NCBI RefSeq assembly: GCF_006345805.1
Contig: NW_021834207.1
Span: forward strand, 1-49,870
From: Octopus sinensis
Taxonomy: Eukaryota
Reading direction: 5' to 3'
Length of the DNA: 49,870 nucleotides
In this document: in pieces, positions 1-11,334 of the stretch
How positions within the stretch are numbered: position 1 is the first letter of the stretch
Layout: every line of letters starts with the position of its first letter
Notes under the pieces: model-generated
What the model was told of the DNA's origin: nothing
The model's input: only the letters and a program-made list of their open reading frames with translations
Database searches by the model: none
Translations under genes and position numbers: made by a program

Positions 1-51
1 TCACATAGGTATAAGGGAAAAAACAACGAAAGATCACATCCATACGACATA

Positions 52-116
52 CCCGAGGACAAGCCTCTTTCTGGGTTAGTTGATTAAACGCCAACATTTC
101 CCCTCATCAGCTCAGA
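52..116 (-). ncRNA. degenerate type I hammerhead ribozyme motif
   Basis: Minus strand: ctgag-CTGATGA-g.ggg...gttgg/tcaac...ccc.a-GAAA-gaggctt-GTC-ctcgg. Helix I pairs (ctgag/ctcgg); helix III is imperfect. Confidence 0.45.
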
Positions 117-267
117 GATTTCTTATGATTTAGATTTGAAAGTACTAAGAATCCAACATACCCGTCCGATATATGTAACACTGGACAAACCATACCGAAC
201 ACTGCTCGGTCGAATTAATTAATAATTAATTCTACCCTTTTTTATTGACTATATATATTATATATAT

Positions 268-317
<50 letters not shown>

Positions 318-334
318 AATATATATATATATAT

Positions 335-552
335 AATCAACTGATAGGGTGAGAAAATGGATACTAATTTAATAGTACATCCATTTAACACCAGTGGCCC
401 AGTGCACAAAAAAACTGGATTATGACAAAATTTTTATACATAAATATAAAAATTTTGTCATAATCCAGGTTCTTTTGTGCACTGGGCCACTTGGTGTTAA
501 ATGGATGTTCTATTAAATTAGTATCCAATTTTCTGACCCTTATCAGTTGATT
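335..552. mobile_element. hairpin MITE (near-perfect ~218 bp palindrome, TA-flanked, Tc1/mariner-type)
   Basis: aatcaactgatagggtgagaaaatggatac... is mirrored by ...gtatccaattttctgacccttatcagttgatt; centre near 445; TA on both flanks. Confidence 0.75.
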
Positions 553-722
553 GTAATTATACTGCATTTATTTTTAAATGTAGTATCGGTTTCCGTGAAT
601 TTTGGCGGGCTGTGGTTAGGGGCATTTGAATTATAACAGCGAATGCAATCGACTGAACCACACGTGTACTTATCATTATGGTAAAATCTGGCGTGCGATT
701 GAGTAGATTGTAATTTAGATGG

Positions 723-802
723 TTTTGGCTGATGAACTACAAATGAATTACTGTGAGTAAAATTACATTTAATTCATTAATAGCGAAACAATTGTCCCAA
801 AA
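723..802 (+). ncRNA. type I hammerhead ribozyme with long helix II
   Basis: ttttgg-CTGATGA(729-735)-acta..aatgaatta..loop..taattcatt..tagc-GAAA(785-788)-caattg-TC-ccaaaa. Helix I has 6 bp, helix III is the palindrome ACAATTGT, and the triplet is GUC (cleavage after 796). Confidence 0.8.
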
Positions 803-973
803 TAATCTGTATTTTCGTTATCTTTATTTGTCCTGTTCGTTGAGCTAACAGTCGTGCTGACTTTCATTGGAAACATTTATTTGTGCTGAAACCTATCGGA
901 TCTATTCTAGTGCCGGGTGAGCCACATAGTGACCACTCTCTCTTTATTATATATATATATATATATATTATAG

Positions 974-1005
<32 letters not shown>

Positions 1006-1044
1006 ATATATATATATATTCATATATATATATATACATGTACA

Positions 1045-1340
1045 CTACAACATAATTTCTTTTCCTCAACAGGCCCTACCCTATTTAACATTGTCCCGAA
1101 AGAGATCAAAGAGGAACGGGATCCCATCAACTTTAAACGGAGTCTGGATGGATTCCTTCAATGAATACCAGATAAGCCACCCATAATTGGATACAACTCA
1201 CCCAACAAAAACTCACTACTTGAATGGACCATAAACAAAACTGGACTTAAACTGGACTTAATCCTATCAGGTGGTGCTATTAAGTTAGACATGGCCTGGA
1301 CCAATCATTGGTCGAAACATATCTAAGTTTATCTAAGTTT
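1045..1340 (+). mobile_element. 3' fragment of a CR1/L2-group LINE
   Basis: Reads HNFFSSTGPTLFNIVPKEIKEERDPINFKRSLDGFLQ*IPDKPP, typical of an L2/CR1-group ORF2 C-terminus. Ends in a gaccaa-tca-ttggtc stem-loop and (TATCTAAGTT)2. Confidence 0.6.
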
Positions 1341-1529
1341 TTATATATATTATATATATACAAGTTTTCAATTTACAAAGATCCAGAGAAATAGTTACAA
1401 AGTAGCCAAATAGCTCATAAGCGCCTAAGAACTTAGTAATCACACATGAGACGTGTTTTGGAGAGTATAAGAATAATGAAAAATGGAGACAAACGCTCAA
1501 GATGTTATGTAAATCATTTACATCACCAT

Positions 1530-1729
1530 GTCACCGATATATGTTTCGAGAGATACATTAAAATAAATCCGTGAGGAAGAATAATGTGGAAAACTGCATT
1601 AATCTTATCAGAGTCATTGATTAGCACTATTGTTTATAATCTCCTCCCTGATAAAATTGATACATTTCCTCACATTATTCTTCCTCTCAGATTAATTTTA
1701 ATGCATCTATCAAAAGATATATCGGTGAC
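1530..1729. mobile_element. MITE with ~80 bp imperfect terminal inverted repeats
   Basis: gtcaccgatatatg...aatcttatcag (1530-1611) is inverted at ctgataaaattg...gatatatcggtgac (1649-1729). Confidence 0.65.
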
Positions 1730-2088
1730 CTGTTGATATACATGATTTAAATAACACCTTTAGCGCTTGTCTCTATTTTCCATTATTCTCACATATATAT
1801 AATATATATTATATATATATATATATATTATAATATATTTAAGTAGATGAATGAATTATCCTATGTTAACATCTTCGTTCGACTCAATTCTTTCATGTAT
1901 ATATATAATATATATAATATATATATATATATACATTATATAAAGGGCTTAGTAAAATAAATTACTTTGCCGCATACTGAATGGTCCCTTTGCATACTGA
2001 ACACTTGGTGAAATTGATTAATAATTAATTAATTTTGCCCTCAATTGTTGATGTTATATATATATATATATATTCAATATATGACTGC

Positions 2089-2263
2089 GTGTGTATCGTT
2101 GGCGATCTTTTCCCTCCGTCTCCCTTCCTCTAGATCTTTCCTTTTCATATGTTTCTGAGGAAGCGCTCCACTCGAATGTTAAATCCTCCTTCTTTCTTTC
2201 TTTTCCTGAGCGTCCAGTAACACTATACTCTTGTTCCACGTCCTCGCGTTGTTGTGTTTTCTC
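2089..2263 (+). mobile_element. HHR-bearing dispersed repeat, family P1 (Penelope pLTR-like), degenerate copy
   Basis: Homologous to 32421-32620 (minus); contains gtttCTGAGGAagcgctccactcGAATgttaaa at 2151-2183. Confidence 0.6.
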
Positions 2264-2283
2264 TTTATATATATATGTTATAT

Positions 2284-2337
<54 letters not shown>

Positions 2338-2449
2338 ATTATATATAATATATACATATGTATATATATATTGTTATATATAATATATATGTATATATAT
2401 ATACATACATACAAACATACATACATACATACATACATACATACATACA

Positions 2450-2480
<31 letters not shown>

Positions 2481-2733
2481 GTTTGGGACCTCCACTGCTT
2501 TACAACTGACTTAAGCTTGTTTATGACCCCGTTGTCTACTGGTTCAGCAAAAGTGACTATTGGAATAAGTGGCAAACTTGATAAACAATTTCTGGGGCGG
2601 GTCACTTTTATCGAGTAAACTCATTGAAGTGGTGACCCAGTATTCCTGCCACCCAAAGATTGAAGCAAGTAAAAGAATGAAAGGATGAGTTCGCGTGCGC
2701 GTGTGTGTACAAAATAGTACTCAGTGTAGTTCT

Positions 2734-2907
2734 TTATTTAAGAGATGAGGAATTATGTACATTATTTACATTATTTACATTTGATGGATATTTGTCCTCA
2801 TTTTGTTTGTTGTTGACACAACGTTTTGGCTGATATACCCTCCAGCCTTCTTCAGGTGTCTTGGGGAAATTTCGAACCTGGGTTCTCATTCCTAAGGTAT
2901 TTTTCGA

Positions 2908-2958
<51 letters not shown>

Positions 2959-3045
2959 CATTATTATTATTATTGTTATTGTTCAGGTCACTGCTTGAAA
3001 TCGAACTCGGAATCTTGGGGTTAGTAGCCTGCGCCCTATTACCCC
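2734..3045 (-). mobile_element. tRNA-headed SINE-like element with (AAT)n linker and hammerhead-containing 3' body
   Basis: Minus strand: ...gcgcaggctactaaccccaagattccGAGTTCGATTTC (tRNA-like anticodon arm plus box B), (AAT)n, then atcgaaaaataccttaggaatgag...HHR...aattcctcatctcttaaat. Confidence 0.7.
2815..2860 (-). ncRNA. minimal type I hammerhead motif (G12 read as A)
   Basis: gacac-CTGAAGA-a-ggctg[gagggtatat]cagcc-AAAA-cg-TT-gtgtc; helices I and II pair perfectly; AACGTT palindrome. Confidence 0.65.
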
Positions 3046-3060
3046 CTACGCCAAATGTCC

Positions 3061-3245
3061 GTGGGCATATGTCGTAGTGGTTAGGAATGAGAAGCCAGTT
3101 TCGAAATTTCCCCAAGACACCTGATGAAAGCTGGAGGGATATATCAGCCAAAACGTTGTGTTAACAACAAACAAGATGAGGACAAATATCCGTCAATATA
3201 AATAATGTAAATAATGTATATAATTCCTCATCTCTTGAATATATA
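3061..3245 (+). mobile_element. second, inverted and internally deleted copy of the tRNA-headed HHR element
   Basis: A box A-like head (ggcatatgtcgtagtggttag) is fused via ttag to gaatgagaag...; 3080-3245 is the inverted counterpart of 2734-2897. Confidence 0.7.
3116..3162 (+). ncRNA. minimal type I hammerhead motif (G12 read as A)
   Basis: gacac-CTGATGA-a-agctg[gagggatatat]cagcc-AAAA-cg-TT-gtgtt. Confidence 0.65.
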
Positions 3246-4419
3246 ACCAACAGGTTTAGTTCCTTTGCTTGCGATTAAGTATAAATGACAATGATATGAA
3301 TCTGCTCTGAAAGAAAGGAGTTACAGAGCGTCGATACTTCCCTAAACACTGTAGTTTTATTATTGTTGTTCTTGCAATGATGGAGATCAGTCCGTTATTT
3401 CATGACCTCGGAATACGCTTAGATAGAATGAAGATATTCTCCAAGTTATTGATGACCGAGTGAACTGCTTGTCTTGTGTAGGCGATTTCCGAATATACAT
3501 ACATCTGTGTAACATTGTACATAAAATCTATGTTATATATACTAACATAAAATGGCGCCAGCTGTATTATTTTGTCTCGGAGAAATCTCTCTTAAAAGAC
3601 TTTGTATCCTAAAAACATAGAAACACGAAAGTATGTTCGTAGACATAATTCATTTCCGTGACAAGCTAGAGTAGAGGTGATGATAGCGGTAGTAAACACA
3701 GCGCGGCACATGTTCATATTCCTGTTAAACAATTTCCTTTTCTTTCCCATCTTCTTCTTCATACATGCATTGCTGAACTTTATTTCTATTGCTTGGGTGT
3801 GAGCTGGGCTCCACCGAGATAGCCTGTATTTATCACAAACACTCAGATCCAACGAGCTATCAAAGATTAAGAAAGATTTTCATTTTCCTATATGCGTTCA
3901 AACAACCACATAAATTCTTCGACATGAGCATTATTATGAATCAATATATGTATATACACACCGATATATAATACAACAGACAGTGGTGGTGGATGAGGAG
4001 AAGAAATATAATGCATATATTAATTTATATCTATCTATTTCCCTGATGAATACATCCTTTCGACCCACACCTCGCAATTCAGCCAGGCATAAGGAGCATT
4101 TATTGACAAAGCTTTCTAATGCTGTCTCTCACAATGACCACATTTGATGTTGATATTTCATTAATAGTTTGCAGGATTCTGCCACAAAGTTTATAGAATC
4201 AAATCAAAACCGATGCTGAATAAGATTTCCATTCTATACAATGACAGAATAGTCAGGGGTTGATCTAGTCTTGATAAGTATGTTTCGTTCAAATTATTCT
4301 CTTTTCATTGCTGTCGTATTTCGAAGTTAAAATCAAAACGTTCCTTTGTGGTTTTTAGTTGAATGAAATTGGCTATTTGAAAATTTTCTATAATAAGCTT
4401 ATTTCACTGCAGACATTAA

Positions 4420-4890
4420 CATTTCCCCCCTCCTCCTCCTCCTCTTATTTTTCTTCTATTCTCTTCCTCTTTCTTTTCCTCCTTGCTTCCTCTTTTACTC
4501 TTCATTCTCTTCATCATTTTCCTCCTTCTTACCAATGTTTATTGTCATCGTTTTCTTCGGCTCAGGCTCCGCCATCTCCTCCTCCTCCTCCTCCTCCTTC
4601 GTCTTCTTCTTCTCCTCTTCCTCCCACTCCTCCTCTTCCCCATCTCCCTCATCCTCCCACTCATCTTATTCTTATTTATTCTCCTTCTCCTCCTCCTTTT
4701 CCGTCTTTTCTTTTTCTTATTCTCCTTCTTTTCCTCCTTTCTCATCTTTTCTCTTCCTTCTCATTCCACTCTTCCTTCTTCTTCTCATTCCACTCCTTCC
4801 ACGTCTTCTTCTTCTTCTTCTTCTTCTTCTTCTTCTTCTTCTTCTTCTTCTTCTTCTTCTTCTTCTTCTTCTTCTTTTTCTTCTTCTGTA
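4420..4890. repeat. (CCT/CTT)n low-complexity tract
   Basis: Pyrimidine-rich trinucleotide runs; a purine-rich counterpart (GAA/GGA)n lies at ~5125-5365. Confidence 0.95.
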
Positions 4891-5837
4891 GTGGTGGCAG
4901 TGGTAGTAGTTACCGTCTTTATTTTTAATGTCGACTTCCTCCTTTTCTAGACAATTCTTCATTCTTCTGTCAATAAAGGCAACAATAAAAACCGTCGGTT
5001 AATCAGTCATCAAAATTTGTTGTGTCAGGATCGGATACAAAATTGGGTTGTTTAGTCTTGTTTGGCGAGGGTCAGTTTGTTTCTTTTGTCCTGATGTTTG
5101 TAGTGTTACGACGAGAGGAGTAACAGAAGAAGAAGAAGAAGAAGAAGAAGAAGAAGAAGAAGAAGAAGAAGGAGAAGGAGGAGGAGGGGGGGAAGGCGGA
5201 GGGAGGGGGAGAAAAACAACGACAACAACAAGGAGGAGAAGAAGAAGAAGAAGGGGAGGGGAGGAGGAGGGGGAGAAAAACAACAGCAACAACAAGGAGG
5301 AGAAGAAGAAGAAGAAGAAGAAGAAGGAGGAGGAGGAGGAAGTGGAGTAGGTGGAAGAAGAGGAGGAACTGTTGCGTGGTTCCGACTAAACCGGCAACAC
5401 CTCCAAGCTTGTTTGGTAAGGAGGTAGATTTTTTTGTTAAGGAGGGTGATTTGGACAGCCTGCAGGATGAAAAACGGAATCCGTTAAAGGGCGGAGGAAA
5501 TCGTAAGAGTCAACGGCCAGCCAATAGTGTTTTATAAAGAGGATTTAACTTCAACGACGAAAAATCTCCGAGCCAAGATCACGGTGAAGTGAAGTCTTGC
5601 GGAGCAGCATGGCGGATGTGAAGTTGGGCGTATTGATCTTCATTGGACGTATGATTTTTATTCGACGAAACGACACGGCAATCTGCGCTGAGGAGCCTTT
5701 TTAATCTTTAACCAACAGTCAGTCCAGAGCGAACCCATCTATTTAGCGAATTATAGCCAGTTGATAGAACTGGCGCAACCGTTAAATTTTCATTTTAGTT
5801 ACATAAAGTTTTCCATTTTCATACGTCAATTGTTATA

Positions 5838-6262
5838 TGTTAGTTAGTTAGTTAGTTAGTTAATTTTGGCTCAAAAGCAAATAGCAAGGCCATGTAGGGG
5901 GACATGGAGTTAAGTACAGGGTGGTGTTCATGTAAAGAATTCAGGCCACTTGAGGTCAAGGGAGACTTTGAACCGAGCGGTCGTCGGCATCTTCACCATC
6001 TCGTCTGGCAGCTTATTCCACGGATTCGCAACCCGGACGGAGAAAGCTCCTCTCCTTCGATTGAGATGAAATCGTCGCAGGTAGAGCTTTTCGGAATGAC
6101 CCCGCAGCCGACGCTCTGGAGCAGGAGTGAAGAACAGCTCCTTCGAGAGGTTACACTTTCCGCTTATGATGTTGTGAGCGAGAATGAGACCACCACGACG
6201 GCGGCGTTTTTCTAGAGAATAAAGGTCGAGCGTCCTCAGCCTTTCTTCATAAGACAAATTTT
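5838..6262 (-). mobile_element. CR1-clade LINE 3' end
   Basis: ORF 5928-6257 SYEERLRTLDLYSLEKRRRRGGLI...LRGHSEKL...FSVRVANPWNKLP is a hallmark CR1 C-terminus; short 3' UTR and (TAAC)n tail at ~5838-5862. Confidence 0.88.
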
Positions 6263-6267
6263 TGAGA

Positions 6268-6489
6268 CCACCTACAAGGGGTTAAACATACAGGGGACAA
6301 ACAAAGACAGACAAACGGATTAAGTCGATTACATCGACCCCAGTGCGTAACTGGCACTTAATTTATCGACCCCGAAAGGATGAAAGGCAAAGTCGACCTC
6401 GGCGGAATTTGAACTCAGAACGTAACGGCAGACGAAATACCGATAAGCATTTCGCCCGGCGTGCTAACGTTTCTGCCAGCTCGCCGCCT
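6268..6489 (-). mobile_element. SINE-A (tRNA-derived, tail-1)
   Basis: Head ggcggcgagctggcagaa, box B gagttcaaattcc, core gcctttcatcctttcggggtcgataaa, tail gtttgtcccctgtatgtttaaccccttgtagg. Confidence 0.9.
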
Positions 6490-7907
6490 TATACGTCAAT
6501 TTTTACAATCGTACCTTTTGCCTTGTTATACACAACAATGGAAATGATGTGTGAAATACAATAAGGAATCAAATCGCTTTTATAAGATTTACATATTTTT
6601 TTCCTCGGTTTCCGTGTCGTTGAATAAGAATAAATTAGTATTTCACCATTGCAATCTGTTTCTGCGGTCTCACGAGGTAATTTGCAGAATATTTTAGAGT
6701 GCAGAAATTGAAAGAAGCTTAAATTGTTATTAAGCGTATGCATGTGTGTGCATTTTTGTACTAGTGTGTATGTGTATGTTCGTATATTTATGCATGTGTG
6801 ATTGTGTGTGTGTGATTCAAGATGTGAAACAATGAAAGCCTGAAATCTTTGTCTTAAATGCTTTATGAGATTACAGTCAGGTTGCAGGGTAAATGAACAG
6901 TTGTTTTGACAATTAACTTCCCATTGGACGCAGCTGGTTTTCATAAGAATTTTTCTGTCATTAAACGAACCGAAAATTTTCTACAGAACTAAACGCCCTT
7001 TTATAGTCGCAGGTAGAAATTATCACAATCAAAACTCCTTAATGCCATCTTTTAAAAAATTGAAATATATGAACGCTTCACGAATTCTGAAATATATTAA
7101 TCATTCCCTAAACCCCCAAAGTGTTTATAGCAATACATAAGGATGAGAAGCATATCTTCGCCATAATGATTTATCACTTATAACTTTCCAAGGATGTGTA
7201 GGTGGACATGTTTATTCTTGTGCTAGTTAATCAGAGGAAATATGGAATTAAATGGCTTATCCAGAGAAAAGATATAATAATCTGCCAACTTATCGTCTTT
7301 ATCCATTTCCAAGGATGGTATTAATAATTCATTTCCTAAAAGCGTCAAATAAAGAGAATGTTATGTAAGAGTAGAAGCATATTTTAAAACATACATACAA
7401 ATATATAAGTGTGTGTATGTATGTACGTATGCACACATATGTATATACATATATAGATGTACAGACATATATGTGTATATGTACGTATCAAGGCACGCGT
7501 GCGCACATACACGCGTAGTGTATACATACATACATATATAGTTCAAATTTACAGAAAACAAAAGATGAAGACTGATGTAGGAACAACAAGCAGGTGTATT
7601 AGGTGTGTTAGTTTAATGCTCCGGAAGAAAGGAAAAGCCTTTGACGTTCCAGCGTGCTAAAGATTCTGCCAGCTCGCTGCCTTTAGAGAGAAGAGAAATA
7701 ATACAGAGTGACCAGTGGCGTATCTTTTTAACAACATAGACAAATAAAGGTATATTAAATACCATGTCATTACTAGTTCAAATATGCTTGTGGCATGTTT
7801 GGACTAATAAACACGCCATTCTATGTGTTTTTGACGAGGAGAAAATTTCTCGCTGTTGACAATGGTGTAAATACTACTAGATCATTTTGCAGCGCACCTT
7901 TTCCCGT

Positions 7908-7954
7908 CTGTGAGATGCAGCATTTCGGAGTTGTTATCTCCTCTTCCGGCACAG
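7908..7954 (-). ncRNA. type I hammerhead motif (core CGGAAGA)
   Basis: ctgtgc-CGGAAGA-ggag[ataacaa]ctcc-GAAA-tgctgc-ATC-tcacag. Confidence 0.65.
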
Positions 7955-8320
7955 ACACTTGGCAAACGGCACTGCGAACCGATGGAAGAGAGTGATTCTC
8001 TTATACTATTTCTGTTAACGTACAATGGCTAATAATGCTACGCAGCGGTTCACTGTAAGTAAATTACGAAGCAGGAGCGACTCAAGCAGTGATATGAATA
8101 AATGCAAAGTTACTACCAATTCAAAAATGCTTGTGGCGCGTTGGGTCTAATGAACAAGCCATTCATTAATATTTTTAAATCTCACAACGAGAGATATTCA
8201 GAAACAGTACTTTGGAGTAAAGATGTTTTTGCCAGCATTACATGGCAATCCTGTGTTAGGACGAATGTTGCTGTAATTTAGCCCCAGGAGACATCATCTT
8301 CATCTGGCTATACAATTATT

Positions 8321-8363
8321 CTGTGCTGTTGAAGAGAAATAACTCGGAAATCGCGATACACAG
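8321..8363 (+). ncRNA. type I hammerhead motif with 3-nt insertion in the core
   Basis: ctgtg-CT[GTT]GAAGA-gaaataactcg-GAAA-tcgcga-TA-cacag; helix I 5 bp; ATCGCGAT palindrome. Confidence 0.5.
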
Positions 8364-8586
8364 ATATTGTCTTGAGCTGAGTGGGGGTGATAGATTCCCT
8401 TTTTCGAAAATATAAGGACACAGATCGTGTCGTATAGCCAGCTGGAGACGATGTGTCCTGAGGATAAATTACAGCAACATTCGTCCTAAACCATGACTGC
8501 CATGTTATGTTGGCAAAAATCTTTACACAAAGCCATTCAGTGTTTTGTCATGGAGAAGAATTCTCGCAGTATCGTCTGACCAGTGT

Positions 8587-8633
8587 CTGTAACTGAAGAG
8601 AAGATAACTATTCCGAAATGCTGTATCTCACAC
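8587..8633 (+). ncRNA. type I hammerhead motif
   Basis: ctgtaa-CTGAAGA-gaag[ataacta]ttcc-GAAA-tgctgt-ATC-tcacac. The consensus with the 7908-7954 copy restores all three helices. Confidence 0.65.
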
Positions 8634-9173
8634 TCTGGAAAAGAAGCGCCGCGAACTGATCTACATGTATTTACACCATTATCAACAGAGAAATTTTCTC
8701 CATAACAAAACAGTGAATGGCTTGTTTCTTAAACATTGCTTTTATACATATCACTACTTAATACTCCTACATCTTAATATTAAATAACATACAACATAAA
8801 TTCTTGTTTTATTAAAATTATCTTAACCTTTAGAGGACTTATCATAAGAACCAAATGGAAATTAAGTCTTGCTCTACGTTAGAAGAGGGGTAATATCAAG
8901 AGTCAAGAATCTAGATTTCTCTAAATTGAACATCCCGTCCAGGAAAAGGAACAAGTTTATTTTCAGAGATATGAGGGCAGTTATGAACACATGCTTCTGC
9001 CTCAATAGTCACCATTTTAAAACATTAAATAATGGAAGTAATTTCTGTTAGACTTCAAGAGAAAAGCAATTTTGGGGGACGACTAATATTTTGTTTCTTA
9101 TGAAGTAAATATCGCTAATCCTGACGCGTTTAAATTGTCGTTGGAAACTGATGAGGAAAATGTAACCGAAATA

Positions 9174-9385
9174 TCGGTTTCAAATTTTGGCAAAAGACTA
9201 GTCAGTCTAGCGGGAGAGGTTAAGTAGACCATATCGACCCCCAACAGCTACCTAATTTATTAAATCCCGAAAGTATGAAAGACAAAGTTAATCTCAGCAG
9301 AATTTGAAATCAGAACGTAAAGACGGACGAAATACTGCTAAGCATTTTGCCCGGCGTGCTAACGATCCTGGCAGCTCGCTGCCTT
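9174..9385 (-). mobile_element. SINE-A with 16-bp target-site duplication
   Basis: TSD aatgtaaccgaaatat at 9158-9173 and 9386-9401. Confidence 0.85.
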
Positions 9386-10362
9386 AATGTAACCGAAATA
9401 TTAGGAAGACAACCACCAGGTAAAAAGAAAGGTTTTCAGCAAGCACTATATCTACTATTTATTTGATTTTTCTCAAGATTTCGTGGAGGTTCCCTGGCGA
9501 TTATTGACATTTTATTCCTTGTATTTGACTTTTTTTCTCGCATCATTCGCGACATATATGTTTCTCATATCACAATTTTTTTTTTCATAAAAAAAGAAAT
9601 ATTCCTCTGTTCTGAGCGATAAACCAGAATAAAGAAAGAATTTTATAAGAGATTTTGGTTTCACTTTCAGCTTCATTTCTCACTTAGATGTTTCTCATAT
9701 CATGAAAACTTTTACATGTTCCGCTTTTGTTCCGGTAAGTACTTCTCCGTTCTAATCTAAAGTTCAGAATAGCAGAACACTTCTCTGTCACAAGTTTCTC
9801 TTTTATAAAAGCTTTCCCACACATGATACGATATTATAGTTCTAGTGGCTCTTATAAGATGGGTTGGGTATTTGTTATTATTAATCTATTAATGTATTTT
9901 TATCATACTTCATATCTAATGTAAAAATGAAACATTCAAACAGATTGTTTTTGCTCGATTTCATAGGCATTTGACAGTTCCTTCCTTACCACTTTAAGGA
10001 TGATTAGATTCATAGAATAAGCAGAGCCCTCTAACTGGGTTCTTTTACGCACTGGAGTCCTGGATCCTGCTTATATTCATTCCAACAACACATCAAGGAA
10101 TGTTACATCGTTGTTTCATTTGTATTTCTAGACGAACTGGATCGATATTTTTTATGTTCTCTTTCACCCAACTAGCTAGTATTGTTCTGATATCAGTTTG
10201 ATATAGTTGCTTTTAGGAAAAAATAAATCTAAATAACCTAAAAATACAACATTAGATGTACTTGCATCGTATTGGTTGACGGGTATGGTGTTCTTAGTTT
10301 GGAAGCAAATATTCTTAGTTCGAATCTGGCAAAATATCTCGTAGTGCACCGTCAGTAACCAC

Positions 10363-10585
10363 TACGAGGGTTCCAGTTGATCCGATCAACGGAACAGCCT
10401 ATTCGTGAAATTAACGTGCAAGTGGCTGAGGACTCCACAGACACGTGTACCCTTCAAGTAGTTATCTGGGAGATTCAGCGTGACATAGAGTGTGACAAGG
10501 CTGGCCCTTTGAAATGCAGGTACAAGAGAAACAGGAAAAAAGAGTGAGAGAAAGTTGTAGAGAAAGAGTACAGCAGAGTTGTACA
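10363..10585 (-). mobile_element. SINE-C 3' part (tail type ...ggaaccctcgt)
   Basis: Homologous to 44669-44890 and 13505-13680. Confidence 0.8.
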
Positions 10586-10912
10586 AAAGCTGGAGCAGTT
10601 TGAATGGAAAACCATGCCACCATATTCGCTAGACATTAGCCCATCTGATTACCATTTATTCCGCAGTCTTCAAACTCATTTGGACGGAAAAAATATGAAT
10701 TCTGCAGACGAGATCAGAACAGCAGTGGGGGAATATTTTCGTCATGGACGAGTGAATTTTGGAAGAGGGGCCTTGCAAGTCTACCAGATAGAAAGAAGAA
10801 CATTGTAAAAAATGAAGGAGAGTATATTTTAGATTTTTAAATACTTTGTTTATCTTAATTTTGAAAAATAAAAGAAGTATTAAAAATCCGTATTATTTAT
10901 GGGATAACACAA
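10586..10912 (+). mobile_element. mariner transposon 3' remnant
   Basis: PPYSLDISPSDYHLFRSLQ (degenerate YSPDLAPSD motif), followed by a TIR-like ttatttatgggataacacaa. Confidence 0.85.
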
Positions 10913-10914
10913 CA

Positions 10915-11078
10915 GATTACATCGAACAGAATGTTTCCCTCGTATTTATTTTATCGACCCCGAAAGGATAAAAGGCAAAATCGGTCTCGGCGGAATTTGA
11001 ACTCAGAACGTGGTGACGCGAGAAATACTGCTAAGTATTTTGTCCAGCGTGCGAACGATACCACCAGCTCTCCGCCTT
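10915..11078 (-). mobile_element. SINE-A, partial
   Basis: Head, box B and core are present. Confidence 0.8.
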
Positions 11079-11084
11079 AAATTA

Positions 11085-11320
11085 ACAAGTAGCCGATGAT
11101 AGGTCAATACCTTGAAACTCGAGTCCGTGTGTATCATAAGTGTGTATCAAATACTGATAGGGCACAGAAAGTGTGTCTATAGCCAGCTGGAGGAGATGTC
11201 TTCCTGGGGCTACAAACTACAGTAGCATCCACCCTTAGGGGTTAGCCATATTCAAATGGCAAATATATGTCATGATGTGTTGCCGCTACTGTTTATAACT
11301 CGCTCTGAGATTTATCATTG
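11085..11320 (+). mobile_element. family H hammerhead-containing repeat, copy 1 (5'-truncated)
   Basis: cCGATGAt-aggt[caat]acct-tGAAAc-tcga-GTC-cgtgtg at 11093-11131, followed by the body shared with the 21495 and 28560 copies. Confidence 0.75.
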
Positions 11321-11334
11321 TTAAAAAATCGGTT

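Larger units (their letters stand above)
7785..8740. mobile_element. ~950 bp nested foldback element carrying three hammerhead motifs
   Basis: Outer arms ~7808-7975 / 8545-8735 and inner arms ~8200-8325 / 8419-8530 are inverted homologues; HHR motifs at 7908-7954(-), 8321-8363(+), 8587-8633(+). Confidence 0.7.

Noticed and set aside
1290-1330. gaccaa-tca-ttggtc-GAAAcatatc as an HHR
   Set aside because: No core upstream; it is the 3' stem-loop of an L2/CR1-group LINE.
9147-9175. CTGATGAgg..ccGAAAtat(t) motif interrupted by a SINE
   Set aside because: Even after removing the SINE and one TSD copy, helix I cannot form and helix II is only 2 bp.
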